Origin: an uncultured Actinomycetes bacterium
GTDB taxonomy: Bacteria > Actinomycetota > Actinomycetes > S36-B12 > CAIYMF01
Direction of reading: 5' to 3'
Length of the DNA: 32,000 bases
Assembly (NCBI GenBank): GCA_963843975.1
Contig: CAWJMG010000003.1
Span: 480,001 to 512,000, forward strand
Part shown: in pieces, positions 9,596 through 18,020 of the stretch
How positions within the stretch are numbered: position 1 is the first letter of the stretch
Layout: the number at the start of each line of letters is the position of its first letter
The notes under the pieces: model-generated
What the model saw: the letters and a program-made list of their open reading frames with translations, nothing else
The model's database searches: none
Told to the model about the DNA's origin: nothing
Position numbers and translations under genes: made by a program

Positions 9596-11561
9596 ATGAG
9601 CCTTCTCGACGGGATCGGGTCGCCGCGCGACCTGCAGGCGCTCCCGGAGGAGGACCTTCCCCGGCTCGCCGGCGAGATCCGCGACGCCCTGGTCGAGAAG
9701 GTCACGCGCACGGGCGGCCATCTCGGCCCCAACCTCGGCGTCGTCGAGCTCACGATCGCGCTGCACCGGGTGTTCTCCTCGCCCCAGGACGTGCTGGTCT
9801 TCGACACCGGCCACCAGTCCTACGTGCACAAGATGCTCACCGGCCGGCTCGAGGACTTCGACCAGCTGCGCCAGGGCCATGGCCTCTCGGGGTATCCCAG
9901 CAGGCTCGAGTCCGAGCACGACGTCGTCGAGAACTCCCACGCGTCCACAGCACTCTCGTGGGCCGACGGCATCGCCAAGGGCTTCGAGCGCACGGGAGTG
10001 CTCGGGCAGCGGCACGTGGTCGGCATCATCGGCGACGGCGCCCTCACCGGCGGCATGGCCTGGGAGGCCCTCAACAACATCGCGGGCGCCCCCGACCGCC
10101 CCCTCGTCATCGTGGTCAACGACAACGAGCGCTCCTACTCGCCGACCATCGGCGGCCTCGCCCACCACCTCGCCACGCTGCGGACCGCGCGCAGCTACGA
10201 GGTGGCTCTCGACTGGGGCAAGCGGGTGCTCGGTCGCACGCCCGTGCTCGGCCCGCCGCTCTACGAGACGCTGCACGGCGTCAAGAAGGGCATCAAGGAC
10301 GTCGTCGCCCCCCAGGGCATGTTCGAGGACCTCGGCCTCAAGTACATCGGGCCGGTCGACGGTCACGACATCGCCGCCCTCGAGCACGCGCTCAGCCGCG
10401 CCCGTTCGTTCCCCGGCCCGGTGATCGTGCACGTCATCACCGAGAAGGGCCGCGGCTACACGCCTGCGCTCGAGGACGAGGCCGAGCGCTTCCACGCCGT
10501 CGGGATCCTCGACCCCGAGACCGGCCAGCCTCTCGGCACCAAGGGCACCACCTGGACCTCGGTGTTCGCGAACGAGCTCGTCGAGGTCGGCCGCCGCCGG
10601 CCGGACGTCGTCGCGATCACCGCGGCGATGATGGGCCCGACCGGTCTCGACCGCTTCTGCGCCGAGTTCCCCGAGCGCACGTACGACGTCGGCATCGCCG
10701 AGCAGCACGCGGCCACGAGCGCCGCGGGCATGGCGTACGCCGGCGTTCACCCCGTCGTCGCGCTCTACGCGACCTTCCTCAACCGCGCGTTCGACCAGGT
10801 CCTGATGGACTGCGCGCTGCACCGGGCAGGCGTCACGTTCGTGCTCGACCGGGCAGGCATCACCGGCGACGACGGGGCGAGCCACAACGGCATGTGGGAC
10901 ATGTCGATCATGTCGATTATCCCGGGCGTGCGCGTCGCGGCTCCGCGGGACTGCCGGCACGCTGCGCGAGGAGCTCGGCGAGGCCGTCGAGGTGTCCGAC
11001 GCCCCGACCGTGCTGCGCTTCCCCAAGGGCGGCGTGGGCGACGACGTCCCGGCGCTCGAGCGGGTCGAGGGCATCGACGTCCTGCGCCGCGACGCCGATC
11101 GTGATGTCTTGCTCGTGTCGGTCGGCGCCTTCGCCACGCTCTCGCTCGAGGTTGCCGACCGCCTTGCGGCCCAAGGGATCGGCGTCACCGTCGTCGACCC
11201 GCGCTGGGTCGTCCCGGTGAACCCCGCCCTCGTCGCGATGGCGTCGGACTACCGCCTCGTGGTGAGCGTCGAGGACAACAGCCGCGCCGGCGGCATCGGG
11301 TCCGGCATCGCCCAGGCGCTGCGCGATGCCTCGGTCGACGTCCCCTTCCGCGACTTCGGCATCGAGCGACGGTTCCTCGACCACGGCACGCGCGCCGCGG
11401 TGCTGGGCGAGCTCGGGCTCACCGCGCAGGACGTGTCACGCGCCATCGTCGAGACGGTGGCACGGCTCGAGCACGCGCGTACGGGCGGCGAGGACGAGCC
11501 GGCGGCCGAGGTCGGGGAGCAGGCAGTGGAGCACGTCGCCGACCAGGACGACGCCGGCTGA
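9596..11561 (+). pseudogene. dxs: 1-deoxy-D-xylulose-5-phosphate synthase, reading frame broken by a 1-nt insertion near 10952 (real frameshift or sequencing error)
   Basis: Frame A (9596 onward) reads a canonical Dxs with the TPP motif [15 protein letters not shown] up to [11 protein letters not shown]. It then becomes Arg/Gly-rich nonsense and stops at 11104. Frame B from 10953 reads [26 protein letters not shown]... to 11561, which is the canonical Dxs C-terminal domain. Removing the T at 10952 gives one ORF of about 654 aa. Confidence 0.9.
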
Positions 11562-11564
11562 CCG

Positions 11565-12464
11565 TCAGGCCAGGCGCCGCCGCGGCGGATGCCCGAGCTC
11601 CTCGGGCGACGGGTCGGAGAGCGACTGCGCGACGGGGTCGCCGCCGTCCTTGATGAGCGCCACCTCGTCCTTCGTGACGAGCACCGGGCGCGAGAAGCCG
11701 CGCTCGTCGGGCTCGGTGAGCTCGGCGGCGGTGAGAGCGAAGGCGGGGTCGATCCGGCCGAGGTCGAGCCAGCCGCGGTTGCGCACCGGGACCGCAGCCG
11801 TGCGCATGCCGTGGCCGTCGACGAGTGCGGCGCGCAGCTCGCGGCTCGCGAGCAGGGTGAGCACGTCGGCGTCGCCGAGCGGTCGCAGGACGGAGGTCGT
11901 GTCGCGGCGGACCCGCTCGGAGGCGAGGGTGGCCATGTCGGTCAGGTGCCGTTCCGCGCGGGCGGTCGCCTCGGACACGTCGATGCCGGCGCCGATGAGC
12001 ACCCCTGCGGGCAGCACGCCCACGGCCTCGTAGTCGGGTCGGCCGTCGTCGTCGACGCCGCGCAGGGCGAGCCCGACGTCGAGGGCGCCGCCCATGACGG
12101 CCCGGCGGGTCCAGGACGGCCCAGGGTGGACGCTGTGGCCCTCGGGGAGGGCCCGCAGGCGCACCTTGGACAGCACCCGCGCGCGGCGCTCCTCGGTGGT
12201 CCCCGGGAGGCTCAGCAGGTCGTGCAGGGCGATGCGGAGCCGCAGCCAGCGCCCGACCCGGCGGGTGATGTCGTCGGAGGTCAGGTCCCCGTCGTCCGCG
12301 ACCGCCAGCAGCAGCTCGGCCCAGCGGATGAGCATGGGCTCGCCGTCGGCGCCGGTGTGCACCACACCGTCGTCCGTGGTCTCGAGCTCACCGACGGGAC
12401 CGTCGGCGGTGAGGAGGAGCGACAGCACGGCACGGCGCAGCGCGACGGGCACGTGGAAGCTCAC
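11565..12464 (-). CDS. conserved-looking hypothetical protein, no domain recognised
   Basis: This is a 299-aa ORF with balanced composition. GTG 12464 has TACCGT 7 nt upstream. The gene converges on dxs with only 3 nt between the stops. The overlapping plus-strand ORFs are Arg/Gly/Ala-rich junk. Confidence 0.6.
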   Translation of the reverse strand: MSFHVPVALRRAVLSLLLTADGPVGELETTDDGVVHTGADGEPMLIRWAELLLAVADDGDLTSDDITRRVGRWLRLRIALHDLLSLPGTTEERRARVLSKVRLRALPEGHSVHPGPSWTRRAVMGGALDVGLALRGVDDDGRPDYEAVGVLPAGVLIGAGIDVSEATARAERHLTDMATLASERVRRDTTSVLRPLGDADVLTLLASRELRAALVDGHGMRTAAVPVRNRGWLDLGRIDPAFALTAAELTEPDERGFSRPVLVTKDEVALIKDGGDPVAQSLSDPSPEELGHPPRRRLA

Positions 12465-12471
12465 GCCGACG

Positions 12472-12477
12472 ACGGTA
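12472..12477 (-). promoter_or_regulatory. -10 box of putative leaderless promoter (TACCGT-N7-GTG) for 299-aa hypothetical gene
   Basis: On the minus strand a TANNNT hexamer lies 7 nt upstream of GTG 12464. Confidence 0.4.
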
Positions 12478-12510
12478 CCCGGATCACCCGCGCGAGCCGA
12501 GGCCCCGGCG

Positions 12511-12524
12511 GGTGACCGGTCACC
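12511..12524. promoter_or_regulatory. perfect 14-bp palindrome GGTGACCGGTCACC (operator or fadB terminator)
   Basis: The sequence is self-complementary. It lies between the fadB stop (12585) and the start of the 299-aa hypothetical gene (12464). A related repeat, GTGAC-ACCGC-GTCAC, is at 12553-12567. Confidence 0.4.
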
Positions 12525-12584
12525 ACGTTCTGCGCCCGAATGCTGACCGAATGTGACACCGCGTCACGGTTGCTCAGCTGCGGC

Positions 12585-14717
12585 TCAACGAGGGCTCGCC
12601 ACGCCGCGAGGAAGGAACCGCTGCCCGGTGACCCGCTCACTCGTGCCCGTGCGGTCGAGGTACGGCGTGATCCCGCCCAGGTGGAAGGGCCAGCCGGCGC
12701 CGAGGAGCATGCACAGGTCGATGTCCTGCGGCTCCGCGACGACACCCTCGTCGAGCATGAGACGGATCTCCTGCGCGACCGCGTCGAGAGCCCGCTGACG
12801 GACCTCGTCCCCGGTCGACGGCGAGTCGCCCACCGCGAACAGCTCGGCGACGTCGTCCGCGATACGGGGTGTCGAGCCGTCCCAGGCCAGCAGCGTCGTC
12901 TTGCCGGCCTCGACCATGCGCCGCTGGTTCTCCGAGATGCCGTAGCGGTCGGGAAACGCCTGGTGCAGGGTCTCGGCGGTGTGGAACGCGACGGCCGGCC
13001 CGACGAGCTGCAGCAGGACGTACGGCGACATGGGCAGGCCCATCGGGTCGAGCGCGTGCTCGGCCACGTCGAACGGCGTGCCCTCGTCGTACGCCGCCGT
13101 GACCTCGCCGAGGAAGCGGGTGAGGAGGCGGTTGACCACGAACGCCGGTGCGTCCTTCACGAGCACGCACGACTTCTTCAGCGTCTTGCCGAGCGCGAAC
13201 GCCGTGGCGAGCGAGGCGTCGTCCGTGCGCTCGGCGCGGGCGATCTCGAGCAGCGGCATCATCGCGACGGGGTTGAAGAAGTGGAAGCCGACGACGCGCT
13301 CGGGGTGCTGCAGGTTCTCGGCCATGGCCGTGACCGACAGCGAGCTGGTGTTGGTGAGCAGGACGCAGGTGTCGGCCACGACGGCCTCGACCTCGGCGAA
13401 GACCTGCTGCTTGACCTTGAGGTCCTCGAACACAGCCTCGATCACGACGCTGGCGTCGGCGAAGTCGGCCTTGCTCGTCGAGCCAGATACGAGCGCGGTG
13501 AGGCGGTTCGCCTTGTCCTGGTTGAGCCGGCCCTTCGCCTGCATCGTCGCGATCTCGCCGTGGACCCAGGCGACGCCCTTGTCGACGCGCGCCTGGTCGA
13601 GGTCGGTGAGGACCACCGGCACCTCGAGGCGCTGCACGAACAGCAGCGCGAGCTGGCTCGCCATGAGGCCGGCACCGACGACGCCGACCTTGGTGATCGG
13701 TCGGGCGAGACCCTTGTCGGGGGCGCCGAACGGCTTCTTGGCACGGCGCTGCACCAGGTCGAACGAGTAGAGGCCCGAGCGGAGCTCGTCGCCCATGACC
13801 AGGTCGGTGAGGGCGTCGTCCTCGGCCGCGAAGCCCTCGTCGCGCGTCGCCGTACGCGCGGCGGCGACGAGGTCGAGCGCGCGGTACGGCGCCGGCGTGG
13901 CGCCGTGCAGCTTGGCGTCGACGAGCGCGCGGGCGCCCGCGACGGCGGCGTCCCAGGCCTCGGCGTCGGCGGTGTGGTCGGTGCGCTCGACCGTCACGGC
14001 ACCGGTGAGGACGTCCGACGTCCACCGCAGCGACTGCGCGATGAAGTCGGCGGGCTCGAGCGCGGCGTCGGCGATGCCGAGCTTCAGGGCGTCGGCCGGC
14101 TTCAGCATGCGGTTCTGCGACAGCGGGTTCTCGACGATGACCTTGAGGGCCTTCTGGGCGCCCACGAGGCGGGGGAGCAGGTAGGCGCCGCCCCAGCCGG
14201 GGATGAGACCCAGGAACACCTCGGGGAGGGCCAGGAGGCCCGCGCCGGTGGAGAGCGTGCGGTACGTGCAGTGCAGCGCGATCTCGAGCCCGCCGCCCAT
14301 CGCCGCGCCGTTCACGAACGCGAACGACGGCACCGAGAGCTCGCCGAGGCGGCGGAAGACCGCGTGGCCGACCTCGCCGGTGACCCGGGCCTGGGCGGAG
14401 TCGCTGAGCTGCGCGACGCCGGTGAGGTCGGCGCCGACGGCGAAGATGAACGGCTTGCCCGTGACGGCCACGGCGACGATCTCGCCGGCCGAGGCCGCTG
14501 CCTCGGCCTGGTCGAGCGCCGCCGACAGCGAGCGCAGGCCCGCGAGCCCGAAGGTGTTGGGCTTGGTGTGGTCGTGGCCGTTGTCGAGGGTGATCAGGGC
14601 GGCACGACCGGCCGTGCCCGGGAGGTCGACGAGGCGGTACTTCGCCTCGGTCACGACCTCGTCGGACGCGCCGGTGGGGATGGTCTCGGTGGTGATCTGG
14701 CTGCTCACGTCGGTCAC
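12585..14717 (-). CDS. fadB: bifunctional enoyl-CoA hydratase / 3-hydroxyacyl-CoA dehydrogenase
   Basis: GTG 14717 overlaps the fadA stop as GTGA. An N-terminal crotonase domain is followed by the NAD-binding motif VGVVGAGLMASQLA and HCDH C-terminal repeats. The protein is 710 aa. The 1015-aa ORF-track extension upstream lies out of frame over fadA. Confidence 0.95.
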   Translation of the reverse strand: MTDVSSQITTETIPTGASDEVVTEAKYRLVDLPGTAGRAALITLDNGHDHTKPNTFGLAGLRSLSAALDQAEAAASAGEIVAVAVTGKPFIFAVGADLTGVAQLSDSAQARVTGEVGHAVFRRLGELSVPSFAFVNGAAMGGGLEIALHCTYRTLSTGAGLLALPEVFLGLIPGWGGAYLLPRLVGAQKALKVIVENPLSQNRMLKPADALKLGIADAALEPADFIAQSLRWTSDVLTGAVTVERTDHTADAEAWDAAVAGARALVDAKLHGATPAPYRALDLVAAARTATRDEGFAAEDDALTDLVMGDELRSGLYSFDLVQRRAKKPFGAPDKGLARPITKVGVVGAGLMASQLALLFVQRLEVPVVLTDLDQARVDKGVAWVHGEIATMQAKGRLNQDKANRLTALVSGSTSKADFADASVVIEAVFEDLKVKQQVFAEVEAVVADTCVLLTNTSSLSVTAMAENLQHPERVVGFHFFNPVAMMPLLEIARAERTDDASLATAFALGKTLKKSCVLVKDAPAFVVNRLLTRFLGEVTAAYDEGTPFDVAEHALDPMGLPMSPYVLLQLVGPAVAFHTAETLHQAFPDRYGISENQRRMVEAGKTTLLAWDGSTPRIADDVAELFAVGDSPSTGDEVRQRALDAVAQEIRLMLDEGVVAEPQDIDLCMLLGAGWPFHLGGITPYLDRTGTSERVTGQRFLPRGVASPR

Positions 14718-15922
14718 GCGTCCTTGCCGTCGAAGTGGGGGTTCTCCCAGATGACCGTTCCGCCCATGCCGAGGCCGATGCACATGGTGGTGAGGCCGTA
14801 GCGGACCTCGGGGTGCGCCTCGAACGAGCGCGCGAGGTAGGCCATGAGGCGGATGCCCGAGGACGCCAGCGGGTGGCCGACGGCGATGGCACCGCCGTAC
14901 GGGTTCACGCGGGGGTCGTCGTCGGCGATGCCGAAGTGGTCGAGGAACGCCAGCACCTGCACGGCGAACGCCTCGTTGACCTCGAACAGGCCGATGTCGT
15001 CGATCGTGAGACCGGCCTTGGCGAGAGCCTTCTCGGTCGAGGGCACCGGGCCGACGCCCATGACCTCGGGCGCGACACCGGCGAAGGCGAACGACACGAG
15101 GCGCGCCTTCTTGGTGAGGCCGAGCTCGTCCGCGACGTCCTCGGCCACGAGCAGGGCGCCGGTCGCGCCGTCGTTGAGGCCTGAGCTGTTGCCGGCGGTC
15201 ACGCGGCCGTGGGCGCGGAACGGCGTCTTCAGGCCTGCGAGCGTCTCGACCGTGGTCTCGCGCGGCGGCTCGTCGACCGTGGCGAGGCCGTAGCCGAGGG
15301 CGGCGCTGCGGACGGCCACGGGGACGAGGTCCTGCTGGATGACGCCGTCGGCGTACGCCTTGGCGGTCTTCTCCTGGCTGCGGACGGCGTACTCGTCGGC
15401 GCGCGCCTTGGTGAGGTGCGGGAAGCGGTCGTGGAGGTTCTCGGCCGTCTTGCCCATGAACAGGGCCTCGGGGTCGACCAGCTTCTCGGAGATCAGGCGC
15501 GGGTTCGGGTCCATGCCCTCGCCCATGGGGTGGCGGCCCATGTGCTCGACGCCGCCGGCGACCACGACGTCGTACGCGCCGAAGCCGATGCCGCTCGCGA
15601 GGTTGGTGACCGCGGTGAGGGCGCCGGCGCACATGCGGTCGACGCTCTGGCCGGGGACGGTGTTCGGGAATCCGGCGAGGATGCCTGCCGTGCGGCCGAG
15701 GGTGAGGCCCTGGTCGCCGATCTGGGTCGTGGCGGCGACGGCGACGTCGTCGATCCGCTCGGCCGGGAGGTTGGGGTTGCGGCGCAGCAGCTCGCGGAAG
15801 ACGGCGACGACGAGGTCGTCGGCACGGGTCTCGGCGTAGATGCCGTGGGCGCCGGCCTTGCCGAAGGGGGTCCGGACGGCGTCGACGAGCACGACGTCAC
15901 GGACAGCGCGGGTGGGGGACAC
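14714..15922 (-). CDS. fadA: acetyl-CoA C-acyltransferase (thiolase)
   Basis: GTG 15922 follows GAGGAG. Thiolase motifs present are VDRMCAGALTAV (acyl-Cys), NEAFA, GGAIAVGHP and TMCIGLGMGG. Confidence 0.96.
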   Translation of the reverse strand: MSPTRAVRDVVLVDAVRTPFGKAGAHGIYAETRADDLVVAVFRELLRRNPNLPAERIDDVAVAATTQIGDQGLTLGRTAGILAGFPNTVPGQSVDRMCAGALTAVTNLASGIGFGAYDVVVAGGVEHMGRHPMGEGMDPNPRLISEKLVDPEALFMGKTAENLHDRFPHLTKARADEYAVRSQEKTAKAYADGVIQQDLVPVAVRSAALGYGLATVDEPPRETTVETLAGLKTPFRAHGRVTAGNSSGLNDGATGALLVAEDVADELGLTKKARLVSFAFAGVAPEVMGVGPVPSTEKALAKAGLTIDDIGLFEVNEAFAVQVLAFLDHFGIADDDPRVNPYGGAIAVGHPLASSGIRLMAYLARSFEAHPEVRYGLTTMCIGLGMGGTVIWENPHFDGKDA

Positions 15923-15974
15923 GGGGACTCCTCGCGAGCGGCGGAACCGGGGTCACCGCGGGGCCCGACTCGGG

Positions 15975-16012
15975 TTACCCACGGGTAATGTCCCGATGCT
16001 ACCCGTCGGTAA
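15975..16012 (-). promoter_or_regulatory. two tandem inverted repeats TTACCC-AC-GGGTAA and CTACCC-GTC-GGTAA, candidate operator pair upstream of fadAB
   Basis: 15975-15988 has perfect 6-bp arms. 15999-16012 is a related copy 24 nt away. They lie 53-90 nt upstream of the fadA GTG, and a TAGCAT -10-like hexamer on the minus strand overlaps the distal copy. Confidence 0.5.
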
Positions 16013-16043
16013 CCGTTCGCGGAACCCGCCCCCCGCGCGTGTC

Positions 16044-18020
16044 CTAGGCCGAGGCCGTCTCGTCGTCGAGCGCTCCCACGAACTGCGCGTGGTACAGGGC
16101 GTAGTAGGCGCCGCGGGCTGCCAGCAGCTCGTCGTGGCTGCCCTGCTCGACGATCCGGCCGTTCTCCATCACGAGGATGAGGTCGGCGTCGCGGATGGTC
16201 GAGAGGCGGTGCGCGATGACGAAGCTCGTGCGGTCCGAGCGGAGCTTGATGGTGGCCCGCTGCACGAGCACCTCGGTGCGGGTGTCGACCGAGCTGGTGG
16301 CCTCGTCGAGGATCAGGAGCGACGGGTCGGCCAGGAACGCGCGGGCGATGGTGATGAGCTGCTTCTCGCCGGCGCTGAGGTTGTCGCCCTCCTCGTCGAT
16401 GACGGTGTCGTAGCCGTCGGGCAGCACGCGCACGAACCGGTCGACGTACGTCGCCTTGGCGGCGGCGAGGATCTCGTCCTCGGTCGCGTCCGGCTTGCCG
16501 TACGCGATGTTGTCGCGGATCGTGCCGCCGAAGAGCCAGGTGTCCTGCAGCACCATGCCGATCTGGCTGCGGAGGTCATCCCGCGTCATCGTCGCGATGT
16601 CCACGCCGTCGAGGGTGATCCGTCCTGAGCGCACCTCGTAGAAGCGCATGATCAGGTTGACCAGCGTCGTCTTGCCTGCGCCGGTCGGGCCCACGATCGC
16701 GACCGAGTGGCCGGGCTCTGCGACGAGCGAGAGGTGCTCGATCAGCGGTGTGTCCTCGGTGTAGGAGAACGACACGTCGTGGAACTCCACCCTGCCGCCG
16801 GTGCGGGGCGACGCCATGGGTGCCACAGGGTCCGGGAGCTGCTCCTCGGCGTCGAGGAGCTCGAAGACCCGCTCGGCCGACGCGACGCCGGACTGCAGGA
16901 GGTTGGACATCGAGGCGACCGTGGTGAGCGGCTGGGTGAACTGGCGCGAGTACTGGATGAAGGCCTGGACGTCGCCGAGGCTCATCGATCCCGAGGCGAC
17001 CTTGAGGCCGCCGATGACGGCGATGAACACGTAGTTGAGGTTCCCGATGAACATGATCACGGGCATGATCAGGCCGGACAGGAACTGCGCCCCCGAGCTG
17101 GCCTCGAAGAGCTTGCCGTTGCGCTCCTCGAAGACCTCCTCGGACGCCGTCTGGTGGCCGTAGACGGTCACGAGGGTCTGGCCGGAGTAGGCCTCCTCGA
17201 TGTGGCCGTTGAGCTTGCCCGTCTCGCCCCACTGCGCGATGAAGAGCGGCTGCGATCGCTTGGCCACCATGGCGGTGACGATCACGGACAGCGGCACGGA
17301 GACGAGTGCGACCAGTGCCAGCAGCGGCGAGATCCACAGCATCATGCCGAGGACGCCGACGAGCGTGAGCAGCGACGTCAGCAGCTGGCTGAAGGTCTGC
17401 TGCATCGTCTGCTGGATGTTGTCGACGTCGTTGGTCACGCGCGAGAGCAGCTCGCCCCGCGGGACCTTGTCGAAGTAGCTGAGCGGCAGCCGGTGCAGCT
17501 TGTCCTCGACGTCGCGACGCATGCGCATCGCGGTGCGCTGCACGAGACCGTTGAGCACGAAGGCCTGCAGCCACATGATGATCGACGACATCACGTACAG
17601 CGCGAGCACGAAGAGGAGCACGCGGCTCAGGGCGTCGAAGTCGACTCCCTGCCCCGGCACGACGTTCATGCCGGAGATGAGGTCGGCGAGCTGGTTCTGG
17701 CCGTCGGCGCGGAGCCCCGCGATGACCTGGTCCTGCGTCAGGCCCGCCGGGAGCTGCTTGCCGATGAAGCCCTCGAAGATGAGGTTGGTCGCGTTTCCGA
17801 GGATCTTGGGCCCCACGACGCTGAGCGTGACGCCGACCACGGTCATGAGGATCACGGTGGTCACGGCGACGCGCTCGGGGCGCAGCCGACGCACGAGGCG
17901 CTTGGCGGACGGCCAGAAGGTGAGCGACTTCTCGGCGGGCATCGTCGAGCCCATCATCCCGCCGCGCGGGCCGAAGCCGCCGCCGCCGGCGGGCCGGCGG
18001 ACCGGCGCCTGCCCGCTCAT
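16044..18020 (-). CDS. ABC exporter, fused permease/ATPase subunit (canonical NBD)
   Basis: ATG 18020 overlaps the upstream stop as ATGA. It has a six-TM type exporter domain, Walker [10 protein letters not shown], signature LSAGEKQ and Walker [13 protein letters not shown] with the catalytic Glu. The protein is 658 aa. Confidence 0.93.
   Translation of the reverse strand: MSGQAPVRRPAGGGGFGPRGGMMGSTMPAEKSLTFWPSAKRLVRRLRPERVAVTTVILMTVVGVTLSVVGPKILGNATNLIFEGFIGKQLPAGLTQDQVIAGLRADGQNQLADLISGMNVVPGQGVDFDALSRVLLFVLALYVMSSIIMWLQAFVLNGLVQRTAMRMRRDVEDKLHRLPLSYFDKVPRGELLSRVTNDVDNIQQTMQQTFSQLLTSLLTLVGVLGMMLWISPLLALVALVSVPLSVIVTAMVAKRSQPLFIAQWGETGKLNGHIEEAYSGQTLVTVYGHQTASEEVFEERNGKLFEASSGAQFLSGLIMPVIMFIGNLNYVFIAVIGGLKVASGSMSLGDVQAFIQYSRQFTQPLTTVASMSNLLQSGVASAERVFELLDAEEQLPDPVAPMASPRTGGRVEFHDVSFSYTEDTPLIEHLSLVAEPGHSVAIVGPTGAGKTTLVNLIMRFYEVRSGRITLDGVDIATMTRDDLRSQIGMVLQDTWLFGGTIRDNIAYGKPDATEDEILAAAKATYVDRFVRVLPDGYDTVIDEEGDNLSAGEKQLITIARAFLADPSLLILDEATSSVDTRTEVLVQRATIKLRSDRTSFVIAHRLSTIRDADLILVMENGRIVEQGSHDELLAARGAYYALYHAQFVGALDDETASA

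Noticed and set aside
10900-10920. Near-tandem duplication ATGTCGATC ATGTCGATT inside dxs, considered as a possible insertion
   Set aside because: The encoded [11 protein letters not shown] has the same length as the corresponding segment I recall in other Dxs proteins (WDLSMLGIVPG). It is therefore ordinary coding sequence and not an insertion.
10941-10960. Programmed ribosomal frameshifting as the explanation for the dxs frame break
   Set aside because: There is no slippery heptamer or homopolymer at the junction (CGG GAC TGC CGG) and no obvious downstream stimulatory structure. Dxs is not known to use recoding. An indel, real or artefactual, is the simpler explanation.
9497-11188. 563-aa minus-strand ORF opposite dxs
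   Set aside because: It is antisense to dxs, has no motifs, and shows the composition bias of a spurious high-GC ORF.
12540-14892. 753-aa plus-strand and 751-aa minus-strand ORFs across fadB
   Set aside because: They are antisense to or out of frame with fadB. Their composition is low-complexity Arg/Gly/Glu/Asp or Arg/Pro with no motifs.
14718-15632. N-terminal 305-aa extension of the fadB ORF (ORF track 12585-15632, 1015 aa)
   Set aside because: The extension overlaps fadA out of frame and is Arg/Pro/Gly junk. FadB homology begins at VTDVSSQITTE, with GTG 14717 overlapping the fadA stop.
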